From a bacterium (GTDB lineage: Bacteria > Arandabacterota > Arandabacteria > Arandabacterales > JALGWA01), in the NCBI GenBank assembly GCA_050125095.1, contig JASFEA010000026.1, forward strand, positions 1 through 26,245: a stretch of 26,245 nt of DNA, in the 5' to 3' direction. The notes beneath the pieces were generated by a model. It was not told the DNA's origin. It was given only the letters and a program-made list of their open reading frames with translations, and did not search any database. Position numbers and translations under genes: made by a program. Shown in pieces: positions 9,312 to 18,843 of this stretch; the stretch's first letter is position 1, and every line of letters starts with the position of its first letter.

Positions 9312-9662
9312 ATGAATGAGGAGAGAGCATATGAGAGGGCTAAGGAGAGGGTCGAGGAGAAGTTGGGTTTCATAAGTCACCTGGCGGCATATGTTGTCAT
9401 AAATGCGTTTCTGTTTTTCATCGACTACCGGACCGACCGGGTCATTAACTGGGCCTACTGGCCGCTTATCGGATGGGGCATAGGGCTGTTGTTCCACGGG
9501 CTGAATACCTTCCTCTTGGGCGAGGGGTCGGCCTGGAAGGAGCGCATGATCAAGAAAGAGATGTCCAAAGAGAGGACCGAGGGCGTGTCCGGGGAGGTCT
9601 CCGGAGACATGTCCGGGGAGGTTTCCGATAAGGCATCCGGGGACTTAGCCGGGAAGGAGTAA
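9312..9662 (+). CDS. 2TM domain small membrane protein with a repetitive C-terminal tail
   Basis: YERAKERVEEKLGFISHLAAYVVINAFL...WAYWPLIGWGIGLLFH is the typical 2TM pattern. RBS AAAGGAG. 12-bp repeats encode VSGE VSGD MSGE VSDK ASGD. Confidence 0.85.
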   Translation: MNEERAYERAKERVEEKLGFISHLAAYVVINAFLFFIDYRTDRVINWAYWPLIGWGIGLLFHGLNTFLLGEGSAWKERMIKKEMSKERTEGVSGEVSGDMSGEVSDKASGDLAGKE

Positions 9663-9676
9663 GGCGCACTCCCGCC

Positions 9677-11893
9677 ATGGAAGCGATCTACCTTGATTAT
9701 AACGCCACCACGCCGATAGACCCGCGCGTCGCGGATGCGATGATGCCGTTTATCCGCGAGCATTTCGGCAATCCCTCCAGCGGGCATGCTTATGGAGTCG
9801 CGGCCAGGAAGGCCGTGGACAGGGCGCGCGCCCAGGTCGCCGCGCTTCTGGGCTGCGAGGTCTATGAAGTCATATTCACAAGCGGCGGGTCGGAGTCCAA
9901 CAACTTCGCCATAAAGGGCGCGGCTCATGCGTATCGCTCCCGCGGGAATCATATCATCACCTCCGCGGTTGAACACCCGGCCGTGACGGAGGTAATGAAG
10001 TTCCTGGAAGGCGAGGGCTACAGGGTGACATACCTGCCCGTGGATGACTATGGCCTGGTGGACCCCGCGCGTGTGGAGGAGGCCATTACCCCGGCCACTA
10101 TTCTCATCACCGTCATGCACGCGAATAACGAAGTCGGGACCGTGGAGCCTATCGGCGAGATCGCCGCGATCGCGCGCAGCCGCGACATCATAATGCACAG
10201 CGACTGCGCCCAGTCGGTCGGCAAGATTCCGGTGAATGTCGGCGATCTCAAGGTCGACCTTCTGTCAATCGCCGGGCACAAGATATACGCGCCCAAGGGC
10301 GTGGGGGCTCTCTATGTCCGCTCGGGCGTCGACCTCGAGAAGCAGATTCACGGAGCCGACCACGAGATGAATTGGCGTGCGGGAACCGAGAATGTCATGG
10401 AGATAGTGGGGCTGGGAGAAGCCTGCGCCATTGTAAAAGAGAGTCTCGAGAGCCATGCCGGGCATATGCGCCGGCTGCGCGACCGGCTGGAGGCCGGCCT
10501 CCTTGAGCACTTCCCGGACGCGCGAATCAACGGGCACGGCGAGAAGCGTCTTCCAAACACGCTGAGCATAAGTTTCCGGGGGCTCGAGGCGAACACTGTC
10601 CTCTCCGAGCTCCGGGGCGTGGCCGCCTCCGCCGGCGCCGCCTGCCACACTGACCGGGTGGAGGTGTCGAGCGTCCTGGAGGCAATGAGGGTGCCGCTGG
10701 AATTCGCCATGGGGACCATACGCTTCTCGGTGGGCCGCTTCACCACCGCCGTGGAGGTGGACCGCGCGCTCGAAGAGATCGCGGGCGTAGTCGGGCGTCT
10801 GCAGCCTTCCGCCGCCTGCCCGGCTGCGGGGCCGGAGGGAGGCGAGGTCAGGCTCACGCAGTACACCCACGGGCTCGGCTGCGCATGCAAGATGCGCCCC
10901 CAGCTTCTGGAGAAGGTGCTCGAGAGCATGCCCGTACCTACGGATGAGAATATCCTCGTAGGAACCGACACCGCCGACGACGCCGCCGTATACCGCATCG
11001 ATGAAAAGACCGCGATCGTGCAGACGGTGGACTTCTTCACGCCCATTGTCGACGACCCTTACGATTTCGGCGCCATAGCCGCCGCAAACTCCTTAAGCGA
11101 CATCTACGCAATGGGCGGGAAGCCCCTCTTCGCGCTGAGCGTGGTCGGCTTTCCCTCAAACAGGCTCCCGCTGAGCGTCCTGGAGGACATCCTGAAAGGG
11201 GCTAATGACAAAGCCGGCGAGGCGGGGATAGCCATCATAGGCGGCCACACCGTGGAGGATACAGAGCCCAAGTTCGGGCTCGCAGTGACCGGCATTCTGG
11301 ACCCGTCGGCCGTCCTTACCAACCGCGGCGCCAGGCCGGGCGACGCGCTGGTGCTGACCAAGCCCATCGGTACGGGCATACTCTCGACCGCCCTCAAGCG
11401 GGGTCTCCTGGATGAAGGGCAGGCGGATCTTCTGACCAGGACGATGGCGTCGCTTAACCGTGCCGCGGCGGAGGCCATGATAGAGACGGGCGCCAATGCC
11501 TGCACTGATGTGACCGGCTTCGGCCTCATGGGCCATCTCCTGGAGATGATGGCGGGCTCGGGTACGGCGGCCTCGGTCGTGGCCCACCGGGTGCCTCTGC
11601 TGCCGGACGTCGTGGGCCTGGCGGCGTCCGGGGTTGTGCCCGGAGGGACAGAGAGCAACCGGGATTACACCGGGCCCCATGTTGAGTTCATGGCTGACGT
11701 GCCTGAGACCGCGCGGATACTGCTTAACGACGCCCAGACGTCGGGGGGCCTCCTGATCTCTCTTCCCGCCGACCGCGCCGACGGGCTGGTCGGTCTTCTA
11801 AAAGAGCGCGGGGTGCCCGAGGCGGCCGCCATAGGGACCGTGGAAGCCGCGGGGCCCGACTCCGGCGCCGCCAGAATAGTCGTGCGCAACTGA
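9677..11893 (+). CDS. selD: Fusion of a group I cysteine desulfurase/selenocysteine lyase (NifS-like) and selenide,water dikinase (SelD)
   Basis: N-terminal half: IYLDYNATTP, FTSGGSESNN, HSDCAQ, SIAGHKIYAPKG (PLP Lys), SAGAACH. C-terminal half: LTQYTHGLGCACK, DDAAVY, QTVDFFTPIVDDPYDFG, AANSLSDIYAMGG, GGHT, TDVTGFGLMGH, DAQTSGGLL. One uninterrupted frame. Confidence 0.93.
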   Translation: MEAIYLDYNATTPIDPRVADAMMPFIREHFGNPSSGHAYGVAARKAVDRARAQVAALLGCEVYEVIFTSGGSESNNFAIKGAAHAYRSRGNHIITSAVEHPAVTEVMKFLEGEGYRVTYLPVDDYGLVDPARVEEAITPATILITVMHANNEVGTVEPIGEIAAIARSRDIIMHSDCAQSVGKIPVNVGDLKVDLLSIAGHKIYAPKGVGALYVRSGVDLEKQIHGADHEMNWRAGTENVMEIVGLGEACAIVKESLESHAGHMRRLRDRLEAGLLEHFPDARINGHGEKRLPNTLSISFRGLEANTVLSELRGVAASAGAACHTDRVEVSSVLEAMRVPLEFAMGTIRFSVGRFTTAVEVDRALEEIAGVVGRLQPSAACPAAGPEGGEVRLTQYTHGLGCACKMRPQLLEKVLESMPVPTDENILVGTDTADDAAVYRIDEKTAIVQTVDFFTPIVDDPYDFGAIAAANSLSDIYAMGGKPLFALSVVGFPSNRLPLSVLEDILKGANDKAGEAGIAIIGGHTVEDTEPKFGLAVTGILDPSAVLTNRGARPGDALVLTKPIGTGILSTALKRGLLDEGQADLLTRTMASLNRAAAEAMIETGANACTDVTGFGLMGHLLEMMAGSGTAASVVAHRVPLLPDVVGLAASGVVPGGTESNRDYTGPHVEFMADVPETARILLNDAQTSGGLLISLPADRADGLVGLLKERGVPEAAAIGTVEAAGPDSGAARIVVRN

Positions 11894-12123
11894 TCTGATT
11901 CGGGTTTCCCCGGTTCGGCTGCCCCTATTCGGCCCCCCTGATCCGGCGCCCCGGATGGTGGGACTCCAGGTTCAAAGGCCCACTCGCGCGTGACTTTTTT
12001 ACAAAAATCGCATTTTTGGGGTGGATATTCCCGGGCAAATCTCGTAGAGTATGTATGCAGCTGGTGAAAGTGCGCCGATCAAAGAAGCTCCCCTGAAGTA
12101 CCAATCCCTGTTTACAGGTGTAT

Positions 12124-12160
12124 TTGACATGCAACCATTTATATATATGAATAGTATAAC
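12124..12160 (+). promoter_or_regulatory. AT-rich putative promoter upstream of tldD
   Basis: Perfect TTGACA at 12124 within a strongly AT-rich stretch. The -10 is ambiguous (TATGAA at 16-bp spacing). Confidence 0.4.
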
Positions 12161-12208
12161 AATAGGAGGCTTATTCCGGGGAGAACTTACCCAAGCAGGG
12201 GGGAGAGT

Positions 12209-13756
12209 ATGAAATCGAAGGTCTCAAGGAGGGACTTCCTTAAGAAGTCTTCCACGGGTGTTGTGGCGGCAGTGGTGATCCCGCATTTCCTTGGGCCGAG
12301 CGTGAGCAAGGTCTTTGCCACGCCGGCCGGCGAGGACATGACTCTCGGCGACTATTACGAGCATTTCGGCGTCGACGAGGGCATTATCCGCCAGGTCATG
12401 TCGGAAGCCATGTCGCGCGGCGGCGACTACTGCGACGTCTATTTCGAGCACAGCGTCACGAGCTACGTCGGGCTTGAGGACAACGCGGTCAACCGAGCCT
12501 ACAGCGATATCGACTTCGGCGTCGGTATCAGGACGCTCAAGGGCGACCAGACGGGCTACTCCTTCACCGAGGAGATAACCCCCAAGGCCATGAAGCTGGC
12601 TGCGGGCACGGCGGCCAACATCGCGAGTGCGGGCAAGGGCTCGGACCCGGTGCATCTCAAGCTCCACAAGACGCCGAACTACTACCCCATCGAGGAGTCC
12701 TGGGAGAGCACCGGCATCGACCAGAAAGTGCCCTATCTCCAGGAGATCGACGAGGAAGCGCTGGCTATGGACCCGGCGCTTATAAAGACGCGCATCTGGT
12801 ACATCACCAAGTACTCCTACGTACTGATGGCGACCTCCGACGGCCGCGTCGTTTACGATTACCGGCCCATCGGCCAGATCTACCTCAGCACTACCGCCGA
12901 GAAGGACGGCCGCCGCGAGCAGAACGGATATGCGATAGGGGGCCGCGTCGGCAGGGAGTACTTCACCAAGGCCAAGAAGGACAACCTCATCAAGACCTCG
13001 GTAAGACGCACGATGGAGATGTTCGAAGCCGTGACGCCGGAGCCCGGGGAGATGCCGGTCGTCCTGGCCGCCGGATACTCGGGCATTCTGCTCCATGAGG
13101 CCATCGGGCACGGCATGGAGGCAGACTTCAACCGGAAGGAGATCTCGATCTTCTCCGACAAGATGGGCAAACCCGTTGCCGAGGATTTCGTCACCATCAT
13201 CGACAGCGGCCTGAACATGAACGCGCGCGGGGCGCTCAACGTCGACGATGAGACCAACGCGACGGAGGAGACGCATCTTGTGGAGAACGGCATCCTCAAG
13301 AGCTACCTCCATGACCGCATCAGCGCCAACTACTACGGCGTCAAGTCGACGGGGAGCGGCCGGAGGCAGTCGTTCAGGTTCCCGATCCAGCCGAGGATGC
13401 GTTGCACTTACATGGCCAACGGGCCTCACACCAGGGAAGAGATCATTGAGAGCGTTGACAAGGGCCTCTACTGCGAGTCCTTCACCAACGGCCAGGTCTA
13501 TATCGGAGCCGGCGACTTCACTTTCTACGTGAAGTCGGGAAGGATGATAGAAGGCGGCAAACTGACCGCGCCGGTCAAGGACATCAACATCATCGGGAAC
13601 GGTCCCGAAGTGCTGGCGGACATCCAGATGGTGGCCGACGACCTTGAAATGGCTGAAGGCGGCGGCAACTGCGGCAAGGGCGGGCAGTACGTCCCGGTAT
13701 CGCTCGGGCTGCCGACCGCGAAGGTCAAGAAGATCACGATTGGCTCGGCCGGTTAA
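12209..13756 (+). CDS. tldD: TldD metalloprotease subunit with a twin-arginine signal peptide
   Basis: HEAIGH metal motif, GHGMEADFNRK, PRMRCTY and C-terminal CGKGGQYVPV. N-terminus SRRDFLK followed by a hydrophobic stretch. Confidence 0.9.
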   Translation: MKSKVSRRDFLKKSSTGVVAAVVIPHFLGPSVSKVFATPAGEDMTLGDYYEHFGVDEGIIRQVMSEAMSRGGDYCDVYFEHSVTSYVGLEDNAVNRAYSDIDFGVGIRTLKGDQTGYSFTEEITPKAMKLAAGTAANIASAGKGSDPVHLKLHKTPNYYPIEESWESTGIDQKVPYLQEIDEEALAMDPALIKTRIWYITKYSYVLMATSDGRVVYDYRPIGQIYLSTTAEKDGRREQNGYAIGGRVGREYFTKAKKDNLIKTSVRRTMEMFEAVTPEPGEMPVVLAAGYSGILLHEAIGHGMEADFNRKEISIFSDKMGKPVAEDFVTIIDSGLNMNARGALNVDDETNATEETHLVENGILKSYLHDRISANYYGVKSTGSGRRQSFRFPIQPRMRCTYMANGPHTREEIIESVDKGLYCESFTNGQVYIGAGDFTFYVKSGRMIEGGKLTAPVKDINIIGNGPEVLADIQMVADDLEMAEGGGNCGKGGQYVPVSLGLPTAKVKKITIGSAG

Positions 13757-13804
13757 GGGGCCGGTGATGAACGCTATTACAAAATCTGATGTGAGGAAGA
13801 CGAT

Positions 13805-15127
13805 ATGACACAGAAAGAGCGACTTGAGTTAGCCAAGTGGGCCATGAGTTACGCGCTCAAGCATGGCGCGGACCAGACCTCTGTGGGGATATTCAATCAA
13901 AGGGAAGTATCAATTGAGTATCGCGACAAGAGGCTGGAGGAACTCAAGGAGTCCACGCAGAACAGCCTCAATATCGATATCTACGCCGACCAGAAGTACT
14001 CGTCCCATTCCACCAACGACCTGAGGAAGGACTCGCTCGAGAAGTTCATGGACGAAGCCATCGCGGCTACGAAGTACCTCAGCAAGGACGAGTACCGCTC
14101 GCTGGCGGATTCCAAGTACTATCCCAAAGGCGAAGGCCCGGACCTCCAGATATACGACCCGGCCTACCAGAAGGTCGACTCCGGGAAGCGGGTCAAGATG
14201 GCTGAGGAGATCGAGGCCGTCGCCATGGATCAGAGCGACAAGATCATCTCGGTGACTTCCTGGTACGAGGATACCTATACGCAGACCTGCAGGGTGAACA
14301 GCAATGGCTTCGAGGGAGAGACCGAGAGCACCAACTTCGGCGCCGGCGCAGAGGTCACGGTGAGGGACGGCGACGAGGGCCGCCCCGCCGATTACTTCTG
14401 GGCCAGCACGAGATACTTGCAGGACCTCCCGACCACTGATGAGCTGGGCAAGTGGGCCGTGGAGCGCGCGGTGCGTAAGATCGGACAGCGCAAGCTCGAC
14501 TCGGGCACGTACGACATGGTGCTTGAGAACCGGAACGGGGGGCGCTTCCTTGGTCTCTTCGGATACGCGTTCACGGCACAGGCCATACAGCAGAAGAGCT
14601 CCTTCCTGGATGGCAGGCTGGGTGAGAAGATCGGGTCCGATCTATTTACGGTCATAGACGATCCCACCCTCAAGAAAGGGCTGAGCTCGCGTCATTATGA
14701 CGGCGACGGCATAGCCTCCAAGAAGAGGGTGATGGTCGACAAGGGCGTGCTCAAGCAGTTCTTCATCGATGATTATTACGGGAGGAAGCTGGGCTGGGAG
14801 CCCAACGGCGGCCAGACGTCGAATGTCCTGTTCGCATACGGCGACAAGTCCCAGGACGGGCTCGTCAAGGGCGTCGAGAAGGGCATACTGGTCACGGGCT
14901 TCATCGGCGGCAATTCCAACCCGGTGACCGGGGATTATTCCATCGGCATCGTCGGGCAGCTCATAGAGAACGGCAAGCTGGTTCACGCCGTCAACGAGAT
15001 GAATATCGCGGGCAACGCCAACGAGCTATATAACAAACTCGTGGCGATGGGCAATGACCCGTACCCGTATTCGTCGAACCGCACGCCGACTATGCATTTT
15101 AAGGACATTACTTTTAGCGGCAAATAG
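13805..15127 (+). CDS. pmbA: PmbA/TldE family protein
   Basis: Directly follows tldD. Contains SFLDGRLGEKIGS, DDPTL, YDGDG, GGNSNPVTGDYS and VNEMNIAGN; lacks the HExxxH motif. Confidence 0.88.
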   Translation: MTQKERLELAKWAMSYALKHGADQTSVGIFNQREVSIEYRDKRLEELKESTQNSLNIDIYADQKYSSHSTNDLRKDSLEKFMDEAIAATKYLSKDEYRSLADSKYYPKGEGPDLQIYDPAYQKVDSGKRVKMAEEIEAVAMDQSDKIISVTSWYEDTYTQTCRVNSNGFEGETESTNFGAGAEVTVRDGDEGRPADYFWASTRYLQDLPTTDELGKWAVERAVRKIGQRKLDSGTYDMVLENRNGGRFLGLFGYAFTAQAIQQKSSFLDGRLGEKIGSDLFTVIDDPTLKKGLSSRHYDGDGIASKKRVMVDKGVLKQFFIDDYYGRKLGWEPNGGQTSNVLFAYGDKSQDGLVKGVEKGILVTGFIGGNSNPVTGDYSIGIVGQLIENGKLVHAVNEMNIAGNANELYNKLVAMGNDPYPYSSNRTPTMHFKDITFSGK

Positions 15128-15317
15128 AGTTTCAACCCGGGAGGTTAGATGGCATTACGCGGAAACCGCATGATTAATGGCTTTACGCTCCCGCTGGAGT
15201 CTGTTATTAGTACCCTGCGGTCACTAATGGGCCGGTTGGAGAACTTACGGGTTTTTCCCACTAGGCAATCGGGGCTTTCGTACGTAAGGTATGCAAAGTA
15301 TCCGGGGGGGCGAAAAC

Positions 15318-17060
15318 ATGCTGGGGCTTCCGAAGCGGCTTATAATCGCATCATTCTGCGTTTGCCTGATACTGAGCCCTGCCGCGGGCGGCGGGGCGAA
15401 AGAGATCGTCAGGGGCGACCCGGGAACCAAACTCGATGAATATCTTAATAGAATAGCGCCGTATGGGTTTTCGGGCGCGGTTCTTGTTGCGCGTGACGGG
15501 GAGACCGTTCTCAACAAGGGCTACGGTCTGGCCATGAGGTCGGGCGGCGTGGCGAATACCTCGGAAACGGTGTTTAGTACGGGCTCCATTACGAAGCAGT
15601 TCACGGCTGCGGCGATAATGGTGCTCGAGATGCAGGGAAAACTGAATACTGGCGATAAGGTAAGTGAACACCTCGGCGGTGTGCCGCATAACAAGGTCGA
15701 CATCACCCTTCACCATCTGTTGACACACACCGCCGGGGTTCTTTTTTCCACTGGCGACGATTATACGATAGCACATCGCGACGACACTGTAAAGAAGATA
15801 CTCGATTCGCCACTCGAGTTCACACCGGGAGAACGCTTCGAGTACTCCAACGCGGGCTATACCCTTCTTGCGGCCATCATCGAGATCGTCTCAGGGCAGC
15901 CGTATGAGGAGTTCCTCAGGGAACACCTTTTCGAGCCCGCGGGAATGAAGTTCACAGGTTATCGCCTCCCCGCCTGGGATGAGAGAGTCGTGGCGCACTG
16001 CTACGTCGGCGATGCAGACAACGGCACGCCTCTTGAGAAGGACTACCCCTACTGGAACCTCATCGGTAACGGAGGAATCCTCTCGACCACAGGCGACTTG
16101 CTCAAATGGCATGAGGCGCTGATGGGGGATGATATCCTCTCGGCCGGGGCCAAGGCCAAGCTCTACACGCCGGAGCTAAACGACTACTCATACGGCTGGG
16201 AAGTTCTCGAGACCGACCGCGGCACTCTGATCCAGCACGGCGGTGGGAGCACGCTGGGGAACGCGGCCGAGCTGAGGCGTTATGTGGATGCGGGCGTCGT
16301 CACGGTGGTTTTCGCCAACGCTGACGGCGAGGATGTGCTCTTTCACGGCATAAGGGACAAAATCGAGACCCTGGCGTTCGGAGGCGATGTGGACCTGCCC
16401 AGGGCCACGATAGAGCTGGAAGAGGGCGAGCTCGACAAGTTCGCGGCAGTCTACGACGTCGAATTCGGCGGTACGTTTACGATAAAGAGAGAGGGGTCGG
16501 GTCTGCGCATGACGGCAGCCGGGCACGGGGCCATGAATGTGCTTGCCTTTCCCGAACTTGAAAACCAGACGCTTCTCCACAATGACATCAACGAGCGCTC
16601 CTTCATGCTCTTCGACGCCGCCATGAGGGGAGATTACAGCATATTCAGGGCCGAGACGGGCGACCAGGACAAGATAGACAGATTCAGGCAGCTCATCGAG
16701 ACAAGGCTTGACCGTTACAAGGATCGGACGGGTACCATCCGGCAAGTTCACATCTTCGGCACGCTGCCCGGAGATACTCCCGACGAAGTCGTCACATTCG
16801 TGGTCCTAAAGGGTGATGAGGGCGGCGAGCTGGTGTTCGGCCTCCACTGGTCCGGGGGCGCGCTGATCGACATAAGCCCGGCCGCAGGAGTCCCGCCGGT
16901 GTCGATGAGGCTGGCTCCGCTATCCCAAACACAGTTCGCGGGTTACAATGTCGGGTGGGGCAAGGGGGTCACCATCGACTTCGATGTCGACAGGCACAAC
17001 TCTGTGCGGGCGCTCACCATCATGACGGCGAGCGGGGACATCGCGGCTGTCAGACGATAA
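15318..17060 (+). CDS. Secreted serine hydrolase, beta-lactamase/AmpC-like family, with a C-terminal extension
   Basis: GSITKQF (SxxK), LLTHTAG, FEYSNAGY (YxN) and HGG. Signal peptide from ATG 15318; the track start at 15291 is also possible. Confidence 0.88.
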   Translation: MLGLPKRLIIASFCVCLILSPAAGGGAKEIVRGDPGTKLDEYLNRIAPYGFSGAVLVARDGETVLNKGYGLAMRSGGVANTSETVFSTGSITKQFTAAAIMVLEMQGKLNTGDKVSEHLGGVPHNKVDITLHHLLTHTAGVLFSTGDDYTIAHRDDTVKKILDSPLEFTPGERFEYSNAGYTLLAAIIEIVSGQPYEEFLREHLFEPAGMKFTGYRLPAWDERVVAHCYVGDADNGTPLEKDYPYWNLIGNGGILSTTGDLLKWHEALMGDDILSAGAKAKLYTPELNDYSYGWEVLETDRGTLIQHGGGSTLGNAAELRRYVDAGVVTVVFANADGEDVLFHGIRDKIETLAFGGDVDLPRATIELEEGELDKFAAVYDVEFGGTFTIKREGSGLRMTAAGHGAMNVLAFPELENQTLLHNDINERSFMLFDAAMRGDYSIFRAETGDQDKIDRFRQLIETRLDRYKDRTGTIRQVHIFGTLPGDTPDEVVTFVVLKGDEGGELVFGLHWSGGALIDISPAAGVPPVSMRLAPLSQTQFAGYNVGWGKGVTIDFDVDRHNSVRALTIMTASGDIAAVRR

Positions 17061-17157
17061 TCGCCTCCTGGTGGATCCGCGGCAGGTCTTGATTGTGAAA
17101 ACCGCAGCACTGGTGTAACCTCTTTTACAAAACCGAAGCAAACGGCGGGGGTGAAAT

Positions 17158-18795
17158 ATGCGTGAACAGCCACATCTTGCCGCTTTCCGGGCGGCAGTCA
17201 TCCTGCTCCTCCTCTTGGCGGCGGTTGCCGGGCCGGCGGCGCCGTTGCGGGCGTGCACCAGCGTCATTGTGACGGGAGGCGCGACGGCTGATGGATCGGT
17301 CATGGTGACCTACACCTGTGATGGCGAGTTTCATCCGCATCTTGGCCGGATCGCGGCCTCGGACCATGAGCCGGGGGATTCCGTGGAGATCACCGACTGG
17401 CATGGGAATGTCAGGGGCAAGATCGCCCAGGTGCCGCACACTTACACCGTATTGAATCTCATGAACGAGCATCAGCTCGTAATAGGAGAGACGACATTCG
17501 TAGGCAGAGAGGAACTCGTAAATTCCGAGGCCCTGCTCGGCTACTGGGATCTGATCGACCTGGCGCTCGTGAGGGCCCGTACGGCGCGGGAGGCGGTAGA
17601 AGTGATGACCACACTGGCGGCAGAGTACGGGTACCGGTCGAGCGGCGAGACCTTCTCAATCGCGGACCCGGAGGAGGCCTGGATAATGGAGATGGTTGGC
17701 CCCGGGGAGGGCGGGAGCGGCGCACACTGGGTGGCGCTGCGCGTCCCGGACGGGACCATCTGCGCCCATGCGAATAAGGCCAGGATCGGGGAATTCCCGC
17801 TTGACGATCCCGAGAACTGCCTGTACTCGGAGCATGTTATAGACTTCGCGATCGAACGGGGCTACTACGACCCGGCCTCGGGCAAGCCGTTTCTCTTCAA
17901 TGAGGCCTACTGCCCGTCGGACGCCGGAAACCGCAAGTTCTGCAGCACGCGCGTATGGAGCATCTTCCGCAGGGCGGCCCCGTCTGTGGACTTCCCGCCC
18001 GGATACCACCGCTTCGAAGAGGGCGCGGAGCCCTATCCCCTGTGGATCCGACCCGACAGCAAGCTCTCGGTGGCGGATGTGTTCTCGCTCATGCGCGATC
18101 ACTATGAGGGGACCGAATACGATCTTACCGCCGGGGTGGACGCGGGCAGCTTCGGCTCGCCTTACAGGTGGCGGCCCCTCAAGTTCGAAGTGGACAGCGT
18201 CGAGTACGCCTGGGAGAGACAGATCTCCACCCAGCAGACGGGTTTTTCTATGGTATCGCAGTCGCGTTCGTGGCTCCCCGACGGGATCGGAGGCGTACTC
18301 TGGTACGGCGTAGACGACACCTATTTCACCTGTTACACCCCGCTTTATATCTGCATGGACGCGCTTCCGCGCTCGTATACGACGGGCAGCATGGAAGAGT
18401 TTTCCTGGGATTCGGTCTGGTGGGTCTTCAATCTCGTCAGTAACTACGCCAATCTCAAATACTCCTACATGATCAAGGACATTCAGGCTGTGCAGGGGCG
18501 CCTCGAGAAGGCTGCCCTGGCTGTGCAGCCGGCAGTGGAAGAGACGGCACTTGATCTTTACCGCGAAGATCCGGGGATTGCGGAGGATTATCTCACTGAC
18601 TACTCGGTGACGCATGCTGAGATGGTGGCCGACGAGTGGCGCGACCTCTGCGGGTATTTGATTGCGAAGTACAATGACGGGTATGTCAGGGACGATGAGG
18701 GCGAGCCCCAGGAGGTGGGGTACCCGGAGGACTGGCTGAGGGAGGTCGTCGAGTCTCGACCCGCCCATTTCAGACTCGATAGCCGGAGCGATTAA
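17158..18795 (+). CDS. Peptidase C69 family dipeptidase (Ntn hydrolase)
   Basis: Signal peptide ending LRA followed by the CTS N-terminal nucleophile. Motifs MNEHQLVIGETTF, RARTAREA, GETFSIAD, RVWS, MRDHYEGT and ERQIS. Confidence 0.9.
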   Translation: MREQPHLAAFRAAVILLLLLAAVAGPAAPLRACTSVIVTGGATADGSVMVTYTCDGEFHPHLGRIAASDHEPGDSVEITDWHGNVRGKIAQVPHTYTVLNLMNEHQLVIGETTFVGREELVNSEALLGYWDLIDLALVRARTAREAVEVMTTLAAEYGYRSSGETFSIADPEEAWIMEMVGPGEGGSGAHWVALRVPDGTICAHANKARIGEFPLDDPENCLYSEHVIDFAIERGYYDPASGKPFLFNEAYCPSDAGNRKFCSTRVWSIFRRAAPSVDFPPGYHRFEEGAEPYPLWIRPDSKLSVADVFSLMRDHYEGTEYDLTAGVDAGSFGSPYRWRPLKFEVDSVEYAWERQISTQQTGFSMVSQSRSWLPDGIGGVLWYGVDDTYFTCYTPLYICMDALPRSYTTGSMEEFSWDSVWWVFNLVSNYANLKYSYMIKDIQAVQGRLEKAALAVQPAVEETALDLYREDPGIAEDYLTDYSVTHAEMVADEWRDLCGYLIAKYNDGYVRDDEGEPQEVGYPEDWLREVVESRPAHFRLDSRSD

Positions 18796-18843
18796 CAGCA
18801 GTGGCCGGATCCGGCCGGCGGAACAGGGATTCGGAGGAAGCGT

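Noticed and set aside
10880-10918. Possible Sec or relic SECIS in selD (CTTC-TGGA-GAAG mini-hairpin ~26 nt after the active-site codon)
   Set aside because: The active-site codon is TGC (Cys) and the stem is only 4-6 bp, which could be chance, although the TGGA loop resembles the paralog 2 hairpin.
15149-15439. 96-aa ORF or structured RNA between pmbA and the serine hydrolase
   Set aside because: It has a GGAGG upstream, but it overlaps the next gene and shows no recognisable domain; no tRNA or riboswitch fold was recognised.
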